64,000 nt of DNA from Gordius albopunctatus. Taxonomy: Eukaryota. A model generated the notes under the pieces. That model saw only the letters and a list, made by a program, of their open reading frames with translations, was not told where the DNA came from and did no database searches. The DNA lies in NCBI GenBank assembly GCA_964276515.1, contig OZ193909.1:7316001-7380000 (forward strand), read 5' to 3'. Position 1 is the first letter of the stretch. Each line of letters begins with the position of its first letter. The position numbers and the translations under genes are program-made. Below, piece after piece: positions 49,560 to 63,630 of the stretch.

Positions 49560-50952
49560 TTTATATTAGTTGCAACTTGCAGATTTATTTTACATAAAAT
49601 ATGGTTAAAAATGGATATTATTTAAGGAATATACATAAATTTGTTTAACATGAACATAGATGGGGGGGGGGGGGGCATTGCTGATTGTGTTTAATATTTT
49701 CTAAAATCATCATTGACCCTAAATTATTATTAACAAGAATGTTACATTTTTTACGTTTTTACACTTTTATAAAGTCTACATATTTTTTCCTATTAAAACA
49801 GCCAATAAATGATAATTTGTTATATGTATTTACAAAGTTTTAGAGCCTTGAGGTGCACAGTTCTCCTACGTTCTATTAAATTTGACCTGTAACTTTTGTG
49901 ATTTGAAAAATGGTTCGATCCTTTTAAGTCCTAACCGACCTCGTCATATACGCTGGAAATTGACCAGAATCTGTTATTATCTTCAGATTTAAATTTAACC
50001 TTAGTAACATTTTTGCCGTCAAAAATTGTTAAAATTATTTGGCCAATAAATTAATAACTAAAGTCCAGATAAATTGAAATTGCGTACATTAATGTGTTTC
50101 GCTTATTTTAGACAAAAGCCATTTTACTAAAATCGCAAAATTTATAATATTTTGCTGATTAATATATGTAATAATAAAATTAATAATTTTAAGTAAATAT
50201 GAAGTCATATGAAACCTACTAATTTATTAATTATTCACGATGACAAAAAACGTTAAAGAGGTGATACAGATCAGTCGTGTCGTCGGCAATTTAGTGCTAT
50301 AGAAGCTCAACCCTTAATGTATTCCATGATTGAACAGGGGATTATTTATATGTGTGATGCTTGAAAGGCGTAAGTTGCACCGCTTTTATTACTTTATATA
50401 CATGATGTCAGGAAACGGTGATCTAAATGACTTAACTACGATGAGCACAAAGATCAAATGTCGTTTAAGTGGTATTGAATAATAAAATTGTTAAAATTAT
50501 AAAAACAATGATTAAATGCAATGTGAGGTGCAGACGTTATGATGCCGATTGTCAAAGAATTTAATTTTATTACCCTCGCTAAACAGGGATCCCTGAGAAC
50601 GAGACATTAGAGCACCAGCAGCACCTTTCTACAACCAGGAATTAATATTTTAATGTGACCTTTCAACACAGCTGACAATCTTATTAACAATATATAAAAA
50701 CAATTTGTTTATTAGCTTTTCTGGAAGTGAGTGTTTTAAGGAGGAAATACAGTATTAATATAATCTTCAAAGCATCGTTCGTTAACCAATCAATGCAGTT
50801 TGCAAAATGTATACAGCGACTGGACCTAAAAAGTCAACCTTAAAGTAATGATAATCATTTATAAAAGCCAAAAAATATGGCATTAAAAACTGTATAATTA
50901 TGACCTTTAAACTGGCTTGAAGTCTTTAGAGGTTTAAACAGTCATGATGGTA

Positions 50953-51110
50953 CATAGGTGTAGCCAAGGGGTGGCAGAGAGGGGCGCCTGCCCCCCCCCC
51001 CCCTTAACCCAAAAATTATCGAAAATTTAATATGATTATGATTAAAATTACAAAAAAGCATCATTTTGTCTCTCCCTAATTGTTGCCCCCTCTAAATGTA
51101 ATCCTGGCTG
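50953..51110. mobile_element. MITE of the CATGGGCGTAGCC family, reverse orientation
   Basis: CATAGGTGTAGCCAAGGGG, long C tract, reverse-complement core of the 10707 copy. Confidence 0.75.
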
Positions 51111-51256
51111 TGTGTGAGGGTAAGCGAGAGAGGGATGGAATTTATGAATAAATTTATCAATTGAATATAGCATTGAGATTAAAATAATTAAGATTAAATA
51201 ATAACTATTTGTTTTCTTGCCTAAGAACCATTTGCTTTCCTAAGATATTTTAAAAT

Positions 51257-52202
51257 TAATGGCGTAGCCAAGGGAGCCAAGCCCCCCCCCCTCCCAAGAG
51301 CAAAATCCTGGCCCCTTTACCCCTCCTAACCAATTATTTAATACATCGTAATTTATATATAATATTAGTTTTTAAATATATGTACTTCTTTTAATTGAGC
51401 CAAGTGACTAATTTATATTTATTAAATATCCGCTTTGTTATAAAATAATCAAGGCTCGGGTCGGGACGGATGAGGCGGCCCGACCCGAGGCCCGAGCCCG
51501 GCCAGAATTGAATTAAAGCAAACTAATCTTTTATAAAATATGATTTAAACAAACTCAACTTGATATTAAATAATTATCTTCACACAGCGTACAATATATA
51601 GCTTCCAATCCAAAATTCAGCTTTTTCCCCTGTCTATTATAATTTAACTGACCTGAATTGCAAATCTTATTATAGTATTTAAAGATAAGTAAATATTTCA
51701 AAAAAAGTTTTAATATGGAACTGTTAAATAAAATATATATTTTTTAAGTTATGTTTTGAGTTTTAAAGCTAAATAAATTGTAACGAGTGAAAAGGGATTT
51801 TTTTATTTTAAACTTATCCTAGTTGTGAATTACGAGTAATAACTATCTACTACATTTTCTATTTAGATGGTGAAATAATTTTCAAAATAAAATTTTTCAA
51901 AAGTTTTATTCGAAGAATGGGGTCGGGCTCAGGCCCGGGTCGGGCCAAAAATAAAAAAGTCTTTCGGACTCGGGCCGAGCTCGGGCAAATAAAAGGGAAG
52001 AAGTCGGGCTCGGGCCGGGCTCGGACAGAAGAAATTTTATTTTTACGAGTTCAAGTGAATTTTGAAAAAGAAATTACACAAAGGAATAGCTGATTTATTA
52101 TTAAGTTTAACAGATGGCTATGGATTTTTTTAATTGCTATTGACCCCTCCTCACTGGTTTAAAATTTATGTTGCACGAAGGGAAAAATGCTAGCTGCCAC
52201 TG
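51257..52202. mobile_element. 946-bp non-autonomous hAT-type element containing a CGGGCC-bounded module
   Basis: Degenerate TIRs TAATGGCGTAGC / GCTAGCTGCCACTG; 8-bp direct repeat TTTAAAAT on both sides (AT-rich, so weaker evidence); CGGG(C/T)C clusters at 51453-51503 and 51920-52025. Confidence 0.7.
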
Positions 52203-55200
52203 TTTAAAATCTATGATTATTTTTTATTATTTTTTAGAGTCTCTTGTTTTCTCAGGGGTAACCAAGCTTTAATCCCGAATGAGTTAAACAGCCAAATATT
52301 TTCAAGATATTTCGTTTATTTTAAACAAACAACTATTTCGTAGTAAGTGTAAGCTTTCATGTAATGTTTTATGCGCAGAATATAATAGATAAGTATTATA
52401 ATTTTTTGTTTTTAAAAACGCAATTGTTGAGAAAGATATAATCGTTTTGTGGGAAGATATTTTGGCCACTTTTTAATCACTTTAGTGATCATATCACACT
52501 TCCATTTAAGCCTATGTAATTAAATACATTAAAAAGACTCAGGCCACTTTAAAGGACTTATACACTAATTTTATCACGGAAGGCTTTATATAACAAAATA
52601 CCTTTTTATGATGATTTATGGGGATGCAAATAGCCAAACTTTTCTGAACCTTTTTTTGGAGCCAACAAAAAAGGAGAATAAAAACACAAGAAAGAGTATA
52701 ATGATAAAAAGCATTTCCCCCTAATTTTAGATATGGTAAAGTAGAGACGGTTGCACGCAAATTGTTTAGTGACCTCGAGGTAATTGAAAAAGAATTTCCT
52801 TACCTTGCTTGCCACTTACAACATATTATAAGATGCTCACAATGTGATAAATAAAATCAGGTCCTTACAAAATTGATTTATGGCAAATAAAGCTTCTTTT
52901 TTAAAGCTTTTCTATCCAGTAGTCTCTCCATATTTATATTTTTTCTACTTGCAGAACTAGTGTATGAAGTGGGTCTAAATGTGCCATTTGAATTTTTTTC
53001 TTTGATGATACACCTTATTTAAGACAGCCACGACAACATGGGAGAGAGAGGTGGTGTAAGGTGCCTTGTTCTCCCTCCGTTTAGAAATATGAATTAATTA
53101 ATGTTCAATGTTTTGGACCACTTATGCTGCTTTTCACACTGTTTTAAGGCATTTAAAATATGTTTTAGTTTAATTTTCAATTGATTTGTATCAAGTACGC
53201 AATAGATTAAGGGTTAAAGAAATTTAATTAAAAATTGCTTTTGAACATATAAAAATTTCACGAAATTTAGGAACGTTTAAGTTTTTATATGACATCTCCT
53301 AATTACTTGCCAACGTTTTAAATAGTTTATACTAAGTTTTAATTCTGTTAGAGTATGGTTGAAATGTTAGGGCTATTTTGTTAATAAATTAATCCCGTGA
53401 ATAAACAACATCAAGTAAAAAATAAAGGTTGCTTAATATTATTTTATGGCCTTACCAGCAGCCCAATCAAAAATACAATTCATTTTTATTGAATAAATGA
53501 TTAAATTTTATGGTCGCTTTTTAACCTGGTGTCGCGCCTATATAGAAGTCTCGTTACCAACTCTTCTTCATTGATTTATAGCTTGCGGCGAACAAACTAT
53601 TATATACAATTCCTTGGTACAATTTCAGTTTTTACCAAAAAAATTTTATCGTATAATGCTAACCACTTTTATGTAAATGTCCACAAAAAGCGCTCTCAAA
53701 AGAAAACCGACAATTATGTTACCACGTTAAGAAGGGCATAGTTTAAGGCTTGGAATATTTTTTCTTTTGTACTTACGTACCCACCCACTCAATTTAGGCC
53801 TTCAAAGTTTACAAAATATTATTTTTCCCCTTATCTAATATGTATAGATAATTTGGAAGTCAAAAAAGGGACATTAAATCAAATTAAATTAACGCCGTAG
53901 AATGTAATGTGGCGCTTTATTACCATAATATAAAAATCTTAGAAAATATTATATATACTTTTTTTAATTTTTTTTTGTTTACTACAAATGAAATTTATGA
54001 GTTCATCATGTCAAGACATAGAACATACAATTGGCCAAAATTTATATATGGCATTCAAAGAGTGAAATATACTTCTTTCAAAATATTTCATAGTGGGAAG
54101 AAATAATGGTGTGATACAACACTATGACAAAACTTGAGATGGATTTTGGCTATCCAAAAAATTGATTAAAATAAGCAAAAACTTTCAAGTTTAAAAATTT
54201 TATAAATTTTCAAAAGCATCTGAATTAATAGAATAAAACGACGAGTCAATAAATAAATTAAGTGTCTACTATTCAAAAAGCTCATATAAATATTCGTCAA
54301 TATCCGATTTATTCATTACTCACCAACGCTTATCCTTAACTATAATAAAAGCATAAATGTAAGTTTAAAATACACTATTTTCAGAAAAAGTTTATGCCTC
54401 AGCCCTTTAATTTAAAACACATTAAGAGCAAAATGGTATGAAATCCGATTTTTTAAACTTATTTTTACAGATTTTATGCTCTAAATCATAAGAATTAATA
54501 TATCAAAAACAATATTTTGCTTTCAGGTCAGTAACTAAAAAATTTCCTTTAAATGATATTTAATGATGCACCCTGACTTAAAACTCCATCCCTTTTGTGA
54601 CTTAATTAGAAGTCGTGTCCCGATTAATTAGGCACAGTATGCAGTTCGATCTGAATTCGGACTCATTTTAGTCATATATTTTAGCACACTTTTCACTTGA
54701 ATCCGTTTTCGGTAGTTCTTTAAATCTTCTTTAGTAATGACGCTCTTTAATCCCCCTCATTCAATCATAACATTCTCGAGGCCTTATTACATTAATGGTT
54801 AAATGATGATCACATTCGGTGCATGCAAAAATATCACATTATTTTAAATCAAGATTATCAGAAGCTAAGCGCACCAATGAAATAAATTATTTTAGGGTGC
54901 CCTATAAAATAAGAGATATTGGATTTCCTTATTTTGAGAGTCAACTTAGTAAATAAGACAGACAGCTTTACTATTATATATATTATCTATTAAATCTATG
55001 TCAATTAATTTTGTAAATGGCTTTACAAGTTCAAGGTTATTGGGCTGTAAACTAACGCCGGGTGGGGTGGGATTAATTGTAAAGCTAGAGTATACCAATT
55101 TAAGGCCTAATCGTACCCTTGTTATATTGGCTTACGGTTTATACGATTATAGATATTGTGATGTGTCCTAGTAAAGTTAAAGCGAATTTTCCCCGAGTTC

Positions 55201-58144
55201 TAATAAACATTTGACGACAAAATTGATAAGTTAAATCTGTTAAACCTATTTTTAAGATTCAAAAATATTTTCCAACAAAATTATAATTGTTAACATGTTT
55301 CGGGCTACCAAAAAAACTACTATTTTATTCATTACTTTAATATAACCCGATAAAATGGTCAAATTATGGGGCAAAGTTTGATTTTTGATTTGAACATTAA
55401 TAAGAAAATGCTATAATGTTCTGCGAAATGCGTAGCTAATTTTTAGTTTAACTTTAATTTCGGTGATTAATGTATAAATTATTCATAATTAGCAAGTCAC
55501 TCTAATATAATAATCAAAGCTAGGCAGCCACGCGACTCACCAAAATGATAAATAATTAATCTAGCCTTAAATTTTACATAATATCCCATAATCTTGAATC
55601 AAATATGCATCTCTCGGGTATGTAGAAATCTTGAGTTGCCACACCATAAAACCCATTAGAGTCCATTACAATTAATTTCATCCTTTTATACTAATTGTAA
55701 GCAACATTTAGATACTGCTAAGCATTTAGGAATCGAATGACAAAAATAATTAGATTTTTAGAATTTATTTATAATTTGACTATGACTACCAGGTCAAATT
55801 TTATCTCCCATTTGTGCTGCAAAGTAAAAGATTTTGGTTGAATTTATGAGTTGTAATTACTTTTCAAACTTATTAGGATTTAACACCTAAATTAATTTAA
55901 AAAACTTATATTGCAAAAATGTTGTTAATTATATTGTCATTATCTAAAAATAAGCTAAAGTTTGCGTTGTTGGTCACTAATCTTTGACAAACGCGATTCA
56001 TCAGCTAATGACAGTTCTATGACTAAAGGGATATGCAAAATAATCTCTCGAATATGCAAATGCATTTGATTGTTAACCTCTTTGCCAAAGTATAATTACT
56101 ATATAAGTTAATATAATTTAACCTAAAAGAGGGCGGGCCGGGTCCGAGGGGCCAGTTCTCTTAGTATTGGATAGTACACATTTAGAGGAGCGCAATATTA
56201 AATTTAAAGTAAGAACAATCAACAGAATCAGGCTCTTATCTCATGGGGATGAGGCATTAGGCCTAGAAATATGGCAAGAATGAGGGGGGGGGTCCTAGTG
56301 TGTGTAGAGATTTACACACACGATTTTATGGTATTAATAACAACTGATTGTCCGACTATTGCTAAGGGGCAAATGGGACGGTGGTTGTAATAATAATTTT
56401 GACTCCTCTAATCCCCTGGACAGAATTGAGACGAGGGTGGCTTGGTTAATGCTCATAATGGAAGCAGCCAAAGTTGAGAGGGAGCGGATGCCTTAATTTA
56501 AATAAGTAGTTGGAGCACAGTGTCGTCTATTATTCTAATGACCCTTGCTGCTCGGTGTAGTATATTAACTATCTCCTGCTATATCATCTCTAAGATAATT
56601 TGGTTATTTAATGAGGTGTGCTGCTCGGTCTCGATTGGATTAGTTGCTGCGTGTTACAATATGTAAAGATATTTAAGTGGCGCTCAAAAAAGCATTAGTG
56701 AAACGTTCATTAATATCATCATCATTCGATCAGTCCACTTCTTATTTTAGATAATGATTTCATACGTGTTCCATTTTGCCTAAGGTTGGAATATCGACTC
56801 ACAAGGACGTTAGCCCGATTTAGTTTAAAATTTGATTAGCGTAATATAGGACCAAAGTTTTATAATGCTTGCCCTTAATTATAGCATTATTTGTTTGAAT
56901 TAAAAATAGACGATTTAGTTATTTCACAATAATTTGTTTTAAACTATACAATGCATTCTAAAATATTTATAAGTTCAGAGCTGTTATTTAATTCCTTAGT
57001 TTCATAAGATGTATTTCTACAATGTGTAAAATATTCACTTAAAGTCTTATCAGAAATTGGTGGGAATAAATATTTAGGTATGTGACGGGGCGATGAGTGC
57101 AGAGCCGTCAAGAGAGTTTTATAATTTAGTTTATTTTCATATTGTATCTAAACAGTGTAAATCTCCAGGATTTAAGGAGGGTAGAGAGTTTGGCAAAAGG
57201 ATTTAAAAAACTAGAAATCATTTATTTAAGTATGAAAGATTCTTGGGTGTTAGGAGAGGAAACAGCTGATTCTCATTCCTAACCATAGCCACTCCCATGT
57301 TTTAATTTGTTCTTTAAGTGTGCATTTTAATTTCAAAATAATATTGTCAGGCTATTTATTATAAAAGTGCCCAAATAAATTAAACTATTTTTCTATAAAA
57401 CACAAAAGCCTTATGCTAATTAGTAGTTTGATTATTTAAATCATAGCTCGGCCTTTATACAATCGATTTATCGTATCATTTCATAAGTGATTATAGAGCA
57501 GAGGATTTGTGATATTTAATTGGTTTTATTTTTATTATATTATATATTTGCATCAGTATATTACTAAATTCCATTTTCCCAAACAATGAGCTCACTAACT
57601 TCCAAAACAATTAATTACAATGGTTTATAGATATAAAGATAGGATTTAATAGATATATTATGCAATTTTAATAATAAAGCTTATCCAATTACAATTTATG
57701 TTTCGCGGGTGTATTAGTAAAATGAGGGACTGGAATTAATGTTAATTCCTTCTATGCCACAACAGCCTAAATAATTAATCTAAGCTGAGGACGGTGGGTG
57801 ATTTAAATAAATTTGTATACGCATCTCCCTTGTATCGAGTTAGCTTTCAAGCGTTTATGCTTGACAGCTATTGGCATTTGATTCAATGATCCATCCATTG
57901 AAATGGAAAATTAAAGTTATGGATTAATTATGTAAACATACAACAAGCATGTAACGCACAGGCAGGAGGCTTTTTAAAATCATCTTGAACATATAGTATT
58001 AAACGGGGATGTAGTCCTGAAAATGGCTTAACTTAAAATATGACGATATATATATTTTCAAAACTATTGTTTCTAAATAAATTTCATTTTTATATAGCAA
58101 ACAAATATTTTTTAGTATTATATATAATAGAATTAAGATGTATG

Positions 58145-59586
58145 CATGGGCGTATGTAGGATTTCTTTTTTTGGGGGGGGGGCGGTTAGAATTTTTTTCT
58201 TTAAATATTTTGTTAATTTTATATATGATTAGAGCCCTGTAGGGGACGCTCAAAGCCCGACCTTGGGCTCGAGATGGGGCAAAATTTATTAAAATAATTT
58301 AGCTTGGGTCGGGCCTGATGAAGCAGCCCAACCTGAGGTTCGCGGCACTAATTAAACCCATGCAAGCTATTTATGAAATATGATTTAAATAAACTTAAAT
58401 CTATATAAAAAATATAGATTTCAAACTCCATCCACTCCCCCCTATCTTATATAAATCCATAGTAGATACTACAACGTTCAAAAATTTAACACTTCAAAAG
58501 CATATTTATTTATATTTTTAAAGTTTTAAATAAAATTTATTATAATAATTTGAGATTATTAGTTAAAATTATTAGTTGAATAAATTGTAACAAGAAAGAT
58601 TGTTTATTCCAAACATATCCTTGCTTTAAATTACTTATAATAACAATCCATTTCATTTTATATTTATATCTTAAAATAATTCTTAAACATAAAATTTGCC
58701 TAAAAGGGTATTTAAATGAATCGAGGTCGGGCTAGGATAGGGCTAAAAAATAAATTTTACATCTTTAATAAAATACATATGTAACATAATAGCTGTGAGT
58801 TTGTCTAGTCAAATTTATATAATTTCACATAACGGAAATGTAATAGAAAGAATCTAAAAGTTTAGCTAATTTGGTAAAAACTCTGTTATTCTTTTTTATA
58901 AAAGTTAAATTTAAAATACAAACACACCCCATTTATATGTTAACGTGGTCTAACTTTGCGATTTTCCTGCATTTGTTTTAATCATCATAAATTTAGCACT
59001 TTAATAGGAATAGGAATTTATTTTTTACATCTTTTTTTGAGTTGTTTCACTTTGGGAAGCATTTAATGCTTGGGGTAGGTGTAGCTAGGTTGACATTTAT
59101 AAATAGTTTCTAAATATGTTATTAATAATTGCTAATATAATTTGGGTCGTTTATAATTGTTGTTGTTAAAAGGTTTGTTGAATATCGGATCGGGCCAGTC
59201 AATAAGTGTGATTTGGTAGACTGGGTCCAAGCTGATGCTATAATTTTCTCATGCTAGATGGTGCCTCTAATTTTTATATTCTTACTTGATATATATACAA
59301 TTGTTAATTCATGAATATTGTTTTTGCGGACGATCTGTCACCTTGAATAAAAGGGTTTTATATGGAATATATCACTGTGAGTTAAATTTTTGAAGAAGAA
59401 GAAGATATAAAATTTTAATAATGTCTAACTTATCATCAAAAACTTTGTTCTAAACAAAATTCATCTATCCAGAAAAATTAATGCGACTGTTTTACTTATA
59501 CTACTCAATATTTTAGTGTGTTAAATTAATTTTATAAATTTTAGTTCAAAGTCGGCGGACCCCCCCCCCCCTTGTGCACGCCCATG
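58145..59586. mobile_element. 1442-bp composite hAT-type element
   Basis: TIRs CATGGGCGT / ACGCCCATG; perfect 8-bp TSD GATGTATG (58137-58144, 59587-59594); contains a module homologous to 51450-51950 and a repeat homologous to 63246-63630. Confidence 0.85.
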
Positions 59587-60210
59587 GATGTATGAGATGG
59601 GAAATTTTTAAACATTTTTATTAATTATAATAATTACCTCTATTAATTTATTCATAAAAGCTTTTTAAGTGGTGCTTGGCCGAAGGATTTAATCAATAAC
59701 AAGTATATTTTTGTATTATACTTAGATTCAAATAACTTTAATAAAAAATAAATAAAACTAATATTTGTAAATTAGTTTTTTAACTAATAAATAGATTGGG
59801 ACGATCTAAATTATTCGACTAGATTTTATGGATATTTTAATAGGTACGATTATTGAAAAATTAAAAACATCATTTTTAAAAGTTTTGAATTGTAACGGTT
59901 CTAATTGCTAAAGGTACCGACTTTGGAAAATAATAATTTGATGTTATTAAGTGTTATATTTATATAAAAATAAAAATTTTAATTTATCAGAAGTTAAAAA
60001 TATTAGTAATTAATTGTAATATTAGCTCAGGGTTATAATCTGTTTAATCTTGAAATTCCGAAGCGCCATAAGATGAGAAATTAGTAAATTTTATTTTTAA
60101 GCTTTAAGGAATTTATTTTACAAGGTTAAAAAAATTTTACGGGATGTAATATCAGAATATAATGTAACCATTGATAGTAGTCATGTCATTATTAACTAAA
60201 ATCATATTTG

Positions 60211-60364
60211 CATGGGCATGGTCGGGGGGGGGGCAGGTTTTTAAAACAAAAAATAGTTGAAATCTATTAAAATTATGGCTAAAATCAAAAAATGTTCATT
60301 TTCTCCCTAAACATCCCTAAATCATTATTGCCCCCTTCTAATTCCAAAGCTGGCTACGTCCATG
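60211..60364. mobile_element. MITE of the CATGGGCGTAGCC family, reverse orientation
   Basis: CATGGGCATGG-poly-G ... CTGGCTACGTCCATG; reverse-complement core of the 10707 copy. Confidence 0.8.
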
Positions 60365-61525
60365 TGGGAAAGATAATTATTCTTTTATAATTAGTATTGT
60401 AATTACATTGTAAAGTTAAGAGTATAATTTTTTTGTATAAAATTCAATTTGTTGAAAAATTATCATGATTGTTGACTTTTTTGGGGGTTACTTTTATGTG
60501 TTTTTGATACATTAAAGTAGGTTTTTATACTTTAAAATCGGCATCGAATGAAACATATATAATTGAGCCATGTATAAATAACCCAACTTCTTTTCTTCTT
60601 AATATGGGTACGAACCACTGTATGTTAAAGATGCAAATAAATTGTGTATACCTGTTAATGTATATTGTGGCGATTAACTTTTAGTATAAAAATAATGAGA
60701 GTGCGATTGAGGGGTTTAAAGTTTATTGATAGGTTCCATAAATGCTAGTATTTATTTTTTAAATTTTGTTAAATTTATGACCTTTAATAATTAAAAAAGT
60801 CCTTAGCCGAACTCTTATGTTTTTTATAAAAAGGAATGGCATAAAATTAAACTAAAATTTAGGTTAATCCAGAGGTATCCTATTTTAAAAGATAGATTTA
60901 ACTATTGATTGGTTATCAATTGAATCCATAGTAAATTTATTGTGGAATCTAACTCGAATTTATATGTTTTTGGGTGAAACTGAAACTATATTTTATCAAT
61001 TTATAATTTTAAATCTTTTTAGTGAATTTTCGCTCTAATAACTATTCTAAATCAAAAATGTCATCCATATTTTTTATAATATTAATTAATTACCATATTT
61101 TTTCTTATTAATAACACAATAAAAAGTGACTGATCGGGTTAGCCAATAAAATTAACCATGTCACTCATTTATATGATTGATAGGACACTTACCTATTAGC
61201 ACTGTGATGGCGTTTACAATTGTCTCACAACGTGTATTATTTTTGATATTATATTTTATTGCGCAAATTTTACCACTTTGCATAATACAGAATCACTTGT
61301 ATGAACCTATATGAATTAAAAATATTTATTACAATCTGCGAGAAACAAAACCTTATTTATCACAACAACATTGTAATTTAAAACTTATTTCTGTCCAGTT
61401 CCCCTTAAATCGATTACAATCTTTTTAAAAAAATTTCCGATCTGCGTTAAAAAATTATATGAAAATTTTTTGCATTATTCAATATATCAATCCATTTTCG
61501 CGGTTTTTCGATTTTTAAACGAGAT

Positions 61526-61730
61526 ATGGGTGAAAATGGGCAGACAATCTCAAATTTTGACAATAATAAAGCCGAAAGGAACGACGATTATAATATGTGT
61601 CGAGAATCGAAAATTAATGATGTTACTACAAATGATGGATTACCTTACAACGTGGAAAAACAGGATGGGAAACAAACTAATGGGCCTGAGATTGAAGACA
61701 ACGAAAATGAAACCATGGATAGTAATACTG
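61526..61730 (+). CDS. Probable first coding exon of an unidentified gene (acidic, Asn-rich, likely disordered N-terminus)
   Basis: ATG-initiated 68-codon frame MGENGQTISNFDNNKAERNDD...ENETMDSNT ending at G|GTAAAT; protein-like composition; no downstream exon confirmed in the window. Confidence 0.5.
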
Positions 61731-63245
61731 GTAAATATTTGATATAAAGTCAAATTCTTTACAATTGATTTAATTTGGGCAATAATTTATTAAAAACATC
61801 TTTATCATATTCACTAAAATACATTATTCGGGATGTCTTTATCAGTTATGATAGAGTTAATATTTAGATATTTAGTAATTTTCATGTTAAAACTAAAGAA
61901 TACCGAAATTTAACTATATTTTGTGGTTAAAAAGGCTGACGCAGATGCCTTTAGAATGTGCTAATTTATAGTATAAATTGTGGGCACATATTAAAACTAA
62001 ACAAAGTAGATCCATTTTTGAATTTTTCGTGCCTATATTTTATAACAATATTTGACATTTGGGTTATAATTTTACATTAACTCACAAATATATATCAAAT
62101 AATATTCCAGGCGTTTAGCCAAGGGAGGGGAGGGGGCGGGCACTCTTCCCCTGGCAATAGAATCCTTTTTATTCCTTATATAAATATATTTTTATAAAAT
62201 AAATTGAAAAGGCAGACACCTCGGTTAAATTCCAGATTTTTTTCAATTTGCCTAATATTTTCCTATTTAAATTCCATCTGTTAATATATAAAAATTTGAT
62301 CGAGTCTTTACCTTGTACTTATGTATAATCTATAGTATTTCTGATACTTGGGGATGGCATTAAGCATGGAAAATTGAAAGGTGTAATGTAATAGTTATGC
62401 AACTGTGTATGACACTGTTTGCAATCATATTCAGCTTCAAAACTTTTTATTTTAAAATCCAAACGCATAGAGCTTTGCCTGATTTTATTGGGCCGATCTC
62501 AGCTCATCCTGTTATTTTTTTGCTCAACCTGACCCTGAATCAGGCTCGATATTTTTTTATAGCAAATTTAGGCAAGTTATACATTTGAAATTTGTTTTAA
62601 CATGTAACTATATAATGAAGTTGATTAAGAAGTTTGTTTTTCTTGCCACAATTCATCTAATTTTATTCAACGGTAAAACATGCTCGATTATTCACTTTAT
62701 GTTTGAAGTTCAGATAGCTACTTTTAAAAAATTTTAATTTATAAGCATTTATTTAAAAAAATGAGAAATAAACATTATTTCGAATCAGAATTTGATTTGT
62801 GCTATATTTTAAAAGTGAAGAGCTCTGCGTCTGTCGTCTATAGAATGCCTCGGCCCCTATCTTTTCCATTCAGTTTCGAGCCATTGCCTATTTAACGACA
62901 TAACTCATAGACGAACCCCCCTGAATGACGAAAAAAATTGTTTCAATGCAAAAACCCTTAAAAATTAAAAATTTTTATGTTTTTCCCCTCACTAATTGAA
63001 CTTTCAAACGATCTTCCCCCCCCCCCCTTAATCCAAAACCTGGCTACGCCCATGTTTCAATATATATTTTGAATTTACGATCTACAAAAAAATTCCTATT
63101 ATTAAGAGATAAATGATTTGTTAAAATTTTTAATTATCTTGTAACGACTAAGTCATCTATAAATATTTTTTAATTTTTATAAAAACTCTTTATTTTAAGG
63201 TTAATTGTTTTTAATATAATTTGGATAGTGTATAATTGTTTTTTA

Positions 63246-63630
63246 AAGGTTTGCTGGCTATCGGGTGGGGCTAGTATCAAGCCTGATTATTTAATTAGAC
63301 TTGGTCCAAGTCGATGCTGGAATCTCCTCATGCGTGCTTGGCACTCAAAAAATATATAAAATTCTTCAAGTTTTACGTTGAATATATACAATTGTTAATA
63401 ATTTATTAATATTGTTTTTCGGACAATCTGTCACCTTCAATATATGCATGGGCGTAGAAAGGTTTTTGATTGGAAGGGGGGGGGGGTGGCGAAATTGTTT
63501 TAAGTTCAATTGGGGGGGGGGGAACATAAAATTGTTAAGGGTTTTTGTATTGAATTGTTTTTTCATTTTGGGTGGTCCGCCCCCCCCTCTGGCTACGCCC
63601 ATCAATATAAGGGTTTTATACATAACTATA
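63246..63630. repeat. Dispersed repeat homologous to 59170-59370, interrupted by a MITE
   Basis: Shared blocks AGGTTTG-TG..TATCGG, TAGACT-GGTCCAAG..GATGCT, ATATATACAATTGTTAAT, CGGAC-ATCTGTCACCTT, AGGGTTTTATA. Confidence 0.8.
63447..63603. mobile_element. CATGGGCGTAG-type MITE nested in the dispersed repeat
   Basis: TIRs CATGGGCGTAG / CTACGCCCATC; TSD AATATATG / AATATAAG; three G/C tracts. Confidence 0.85.

Noticed and set aside
56332..56397. Imperfect hairpin containing TGATTGTCC (miR-219-like 5' end)
   Set aside because: Similarity stops after 9 nt and a 22-nt product from that start would run into the loop.
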